A stretch of 64,000 nucleotides of DNA from Negaprion brevirostris. Taxonomy: Eukaryota. Shown piece after piece: positions 61,282 through 64,000 of this stretch (its first letter is position 1; the number at the start of each line of letters is the position of its first letter). The notes below the pieces were generated by a model. The model did no database searches, was not told the DNA's origin, and worked only from the letters and a program-made list of their open reading frames with translations. The position numbers and the translations under genes are program-made. Location: NCBI GenBank assembly GCA_030324005.1, contig JARDVH010000193.1, positions 48,629,444 to 48,693,443 on the forward strand, written 5' to 3'.

Positions 61282-62137
61282 TTAAAATAAAATTTATTGA
61301 AACCAGAAAAATGAGCTATATTATAGCAAGTAAACAATTCCCACTATTTCTTTAACCCGGCAATATATTTACAGAAACATAAACCAGTGAAGAGTTACTA
61401 TTAGCTCAATACAAACGTTTCTTGTTGGGGAGTGGCACAGTTGCAAATGGTTTTCTTCCAGTGAATTGCTAAGCATTCACTTGACGCTTATTACCAAGCT
61501 TTTGTTGGTCCCTGAGAATAGCACTATAAACTCAAATTCTTCAATTGCAGAATAAACAAACTCAGTCTTCCAGTAGCACTTCTACTAAACTGATCACCTT
61601 TACGAGTCCTCTAATTGATAATTCAGTTAAACGTTGTTCCAATGGTTTTTCTATTCAGAGGCCTTAAAAATCCCTGCCCAGCCTCTGTTCAGTCCCCATC
61701 CAGACTCTCAGGCACCAAGATTCACAAACAAAACATTAATGAAACAGTAACCATATTTTGCTTTTTTTAAAAATACAAATTCAACTTAAATTTACATATT
61801 CTTTAGATCAAAAGTGAAACATCAGCTAAACAATCTTTTATTTCTGTGGGTTTTATTTAGTAAGAGCATTACCAGCTGTTAGTTAAGCTAACAGATGATG
61901 CAGTTTTGAGAACCTTGTTATGGGACAGATATAAACGCAACAGAAAAGCAGCAGTGTAGGTTCACCACGATCTTCTCAGGGTCAAAGAATTTATAATTCG
62001 AAAGAAAACCTAAAAAGGTAGTACTGACTTAGCAGAGTGAGATATTTAAAGAATGATCTGATAATGGTTTAAGATTGTGAAGAGTTAAGAAAGGGTACAG
62101 AGTGAAAAATCATTTCCACTCATTTCTTCCTCAAGTG

Positions 62138-62227
62138 GCGAAGGGGCAGCCAGCACTCTGAAAGCTAGTGGCTTTTGCTACCAAATAAACCTGTTGGACT
62201 TTAACCTGGTGTTGTGAGACTTCTTAC
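62138..62227 (+). mobile_element. Penelope-like P1 element running into a gap
   Basis: ctctgaaagctagtggcttttgctaccaaataaacctgttggactttaacctggtgttgtgagacttcttac. Confidence 0.78.
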
Positions 62228-64000
62228 NNNNNNNNNNNNNNNNNNNNNNNNNNNNNNNNNNNNNNNNNNNNNNNNNNNNNNNNNNNNNNNNNNNNNNNNN
62301 NNNNNNNNNNNNNNNNNNNNNNNNNNNNNNNNNNNNNNNNNNNNNNNNNNNNNNNNNNNNNNNNNNNNNNNNNNNNNNNNNNNNNNNNNNNNNNNNNNNN
62401 NNNNNNNNNNNNNNNNNNNNNNNNNNNNNNNNNNNNNNNNNNNNNNNNNNNNNNNNNNNNNNNNNNNNNNNNNNNNNNNNNNNNNNNNNNNNNNNNNNNN
62501 NNNNNNNNNNNNNNNNNNNNNNNNNNNNNNNNNNNNNNNNNNNNNNNNNNNNNNNNNNNNNNNNNNNNNNNNNNNNNNNNNNNNNNNNNNNNNNNNNNNN
62601 NNNNNNNNNNNNNNNNNNNNNNNNNNNNNNNNNNNNNNNNNNNNNNNNNNNNNNNNNNNNNNNNNNNNNNNNNNNNNNNNNNNNNNNNNNNNNNNNNNNN
62701 NNNNNNNNNNNNNNNNNNNNNNNNNNNNNNNNNNNNNNNNNNNNNNNNNNNNNNNNNNNNNNNNNNNNNNNNNNNNNNNNNNNNNNNNNNNNNNNNNNTC
62801 TTCGATTTCCTCATTCTATGCAGGTATACCTGTCTTGCTTGGATAATCCCAGGCCTGATATTGTGAAAATAGAGATATAATCCACAAGCCTGGATCCTGC
62901 ACATCTCTACATAGTGAAGTAACAGTGATTTCTTCCCACCAATCAGCAACCAACCAACTCCCATTCCCCATCCCTACCTCCCAACACACAAAAAGAGAAT
63001 GTTTTGCCGAAAAATAATGAGAATGATAAATATACACATTGTCTGATGTTAGTAATCACATTTACATATCCTTGTTATATAGTGCAATCTTTCTCCAGTG
63101 GCACTGTCAAAAGGTCAAGTTACAGAATTACCTACAGAACTTCTCTCTGTATCTGATTCACCTGAATAGGGCACCGGGAAAATTCATGCAATTCATGCAT
63201 TTAAATACAAGGAAGTGTTAAAATGCTAGAACTGTGAAGCTCTTTTATATGTGCAACATAGCACGCAACTCTATGCCAAATCAACATTCAGAGCCCTTAA
63301 GTATCTACTCATTTTAAATATTTCATTCAGTTCAATCCTCTGAGGGGCACACAGAATTTCATATGGCAATGGAAACATACAAGGTCAAAATGACATTTTT
63401 ATCTATTCCCATCTGCCACATTTTTGGATTGATATAATCAGTGACACATGTCTACATACTCAATTCTCTAGCACACTGTGCTTTAAAAAAAACACTATCC
63501 TGAAATTCCAGAGGGATTTTCTTGAATAATGCAGTTACTTTGGCACCGGACTGGCAGAACTCCCACGGAACAAGCCATTTTAAAATGAACATAAGTTCAT
63601 CATTTTATTCATTATACATTTAACCTCTCCAGTCAGAAATCCATAAACACCAGTAATTTAACATTTTTTCAGCTGAGGAGTTGCAGTAATAGCTTTTGGT
63701 GTTGCGAGTTCTCCCTCCCCCTTACAGCAACACAACTGCAGAGAGGTCACTACCCAGTCCAGAGGCTCTTGTCACACAGCGTTGAACCCACTGGATCAAT
63801 TACGCTGACAAACAGCAATGGGTGATGGATGAAAACAAACTGATCTAACTTCACAAACTACTACTTTGAGTAGGGGCCAAGCAAACGAGCCTGAGATGTT
63901 CGTGCACTAACTTGGTGCAGATAGAAGAGGTAACTCAGTGGTTGGCTGGCGTGTTTGGAGTGCAGGAAAAACTGGAGGTCATGACGCTGAGCTAGAAGCT

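Noticed and set aside
60797-61750. Possible solo LTR starting tgttatgatccc, interrupted by a SINE
   Set aside because: I could not identify a matching terminus, TSD or second copy.
55978-64000. Upstream ZNRF1 RING exon (ECVICLEEL...RLPCLCIYHK)
   Set aside because: Not found on the minus strand by eye. It is presumably beyond the window or in an N gap, so its absence is not evidence of pseudogenisation.

Overview
Eukaryotic (vertebrate) genomic DNA, most likely from a shark: it is dense in HE1/V-SINE-like tRNA-derived SINEs and CR1 LINE fragments, and comes from a gapped draft assembly with many N runs. The + strand carries ten coding exons of LDHD (mitochondrial FAD-dependent D-lactate dehydrogenase; exons 2-11, 125-37445). 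All have GT-AG boundaries and join in frame (1383 nt; exon 1 lies upstream of the window). The - strand carries the 3' end of the RING E3 ligase ZNRF1: its last coding exon (55880-55977), a 3'UTR intron and a long non-coding terminal exon starting at 50303. The two genes are tail-to-tail, as in human. The rest is repeats: SINEs with two different tails, DeuSINE-like relics, CR1/L2/Rex1-like LINE pieces, MITEs, minisatellites and local duplications. The most notable non-obvious signal is a set of short Penelope-like insertions, several with 9-12 bp target-site duplications and inverted ends, whose consensus forms a minimal hammerhead ribozyme. Repeat boundaries are approximate, and family names come from recognition rather than database searches.
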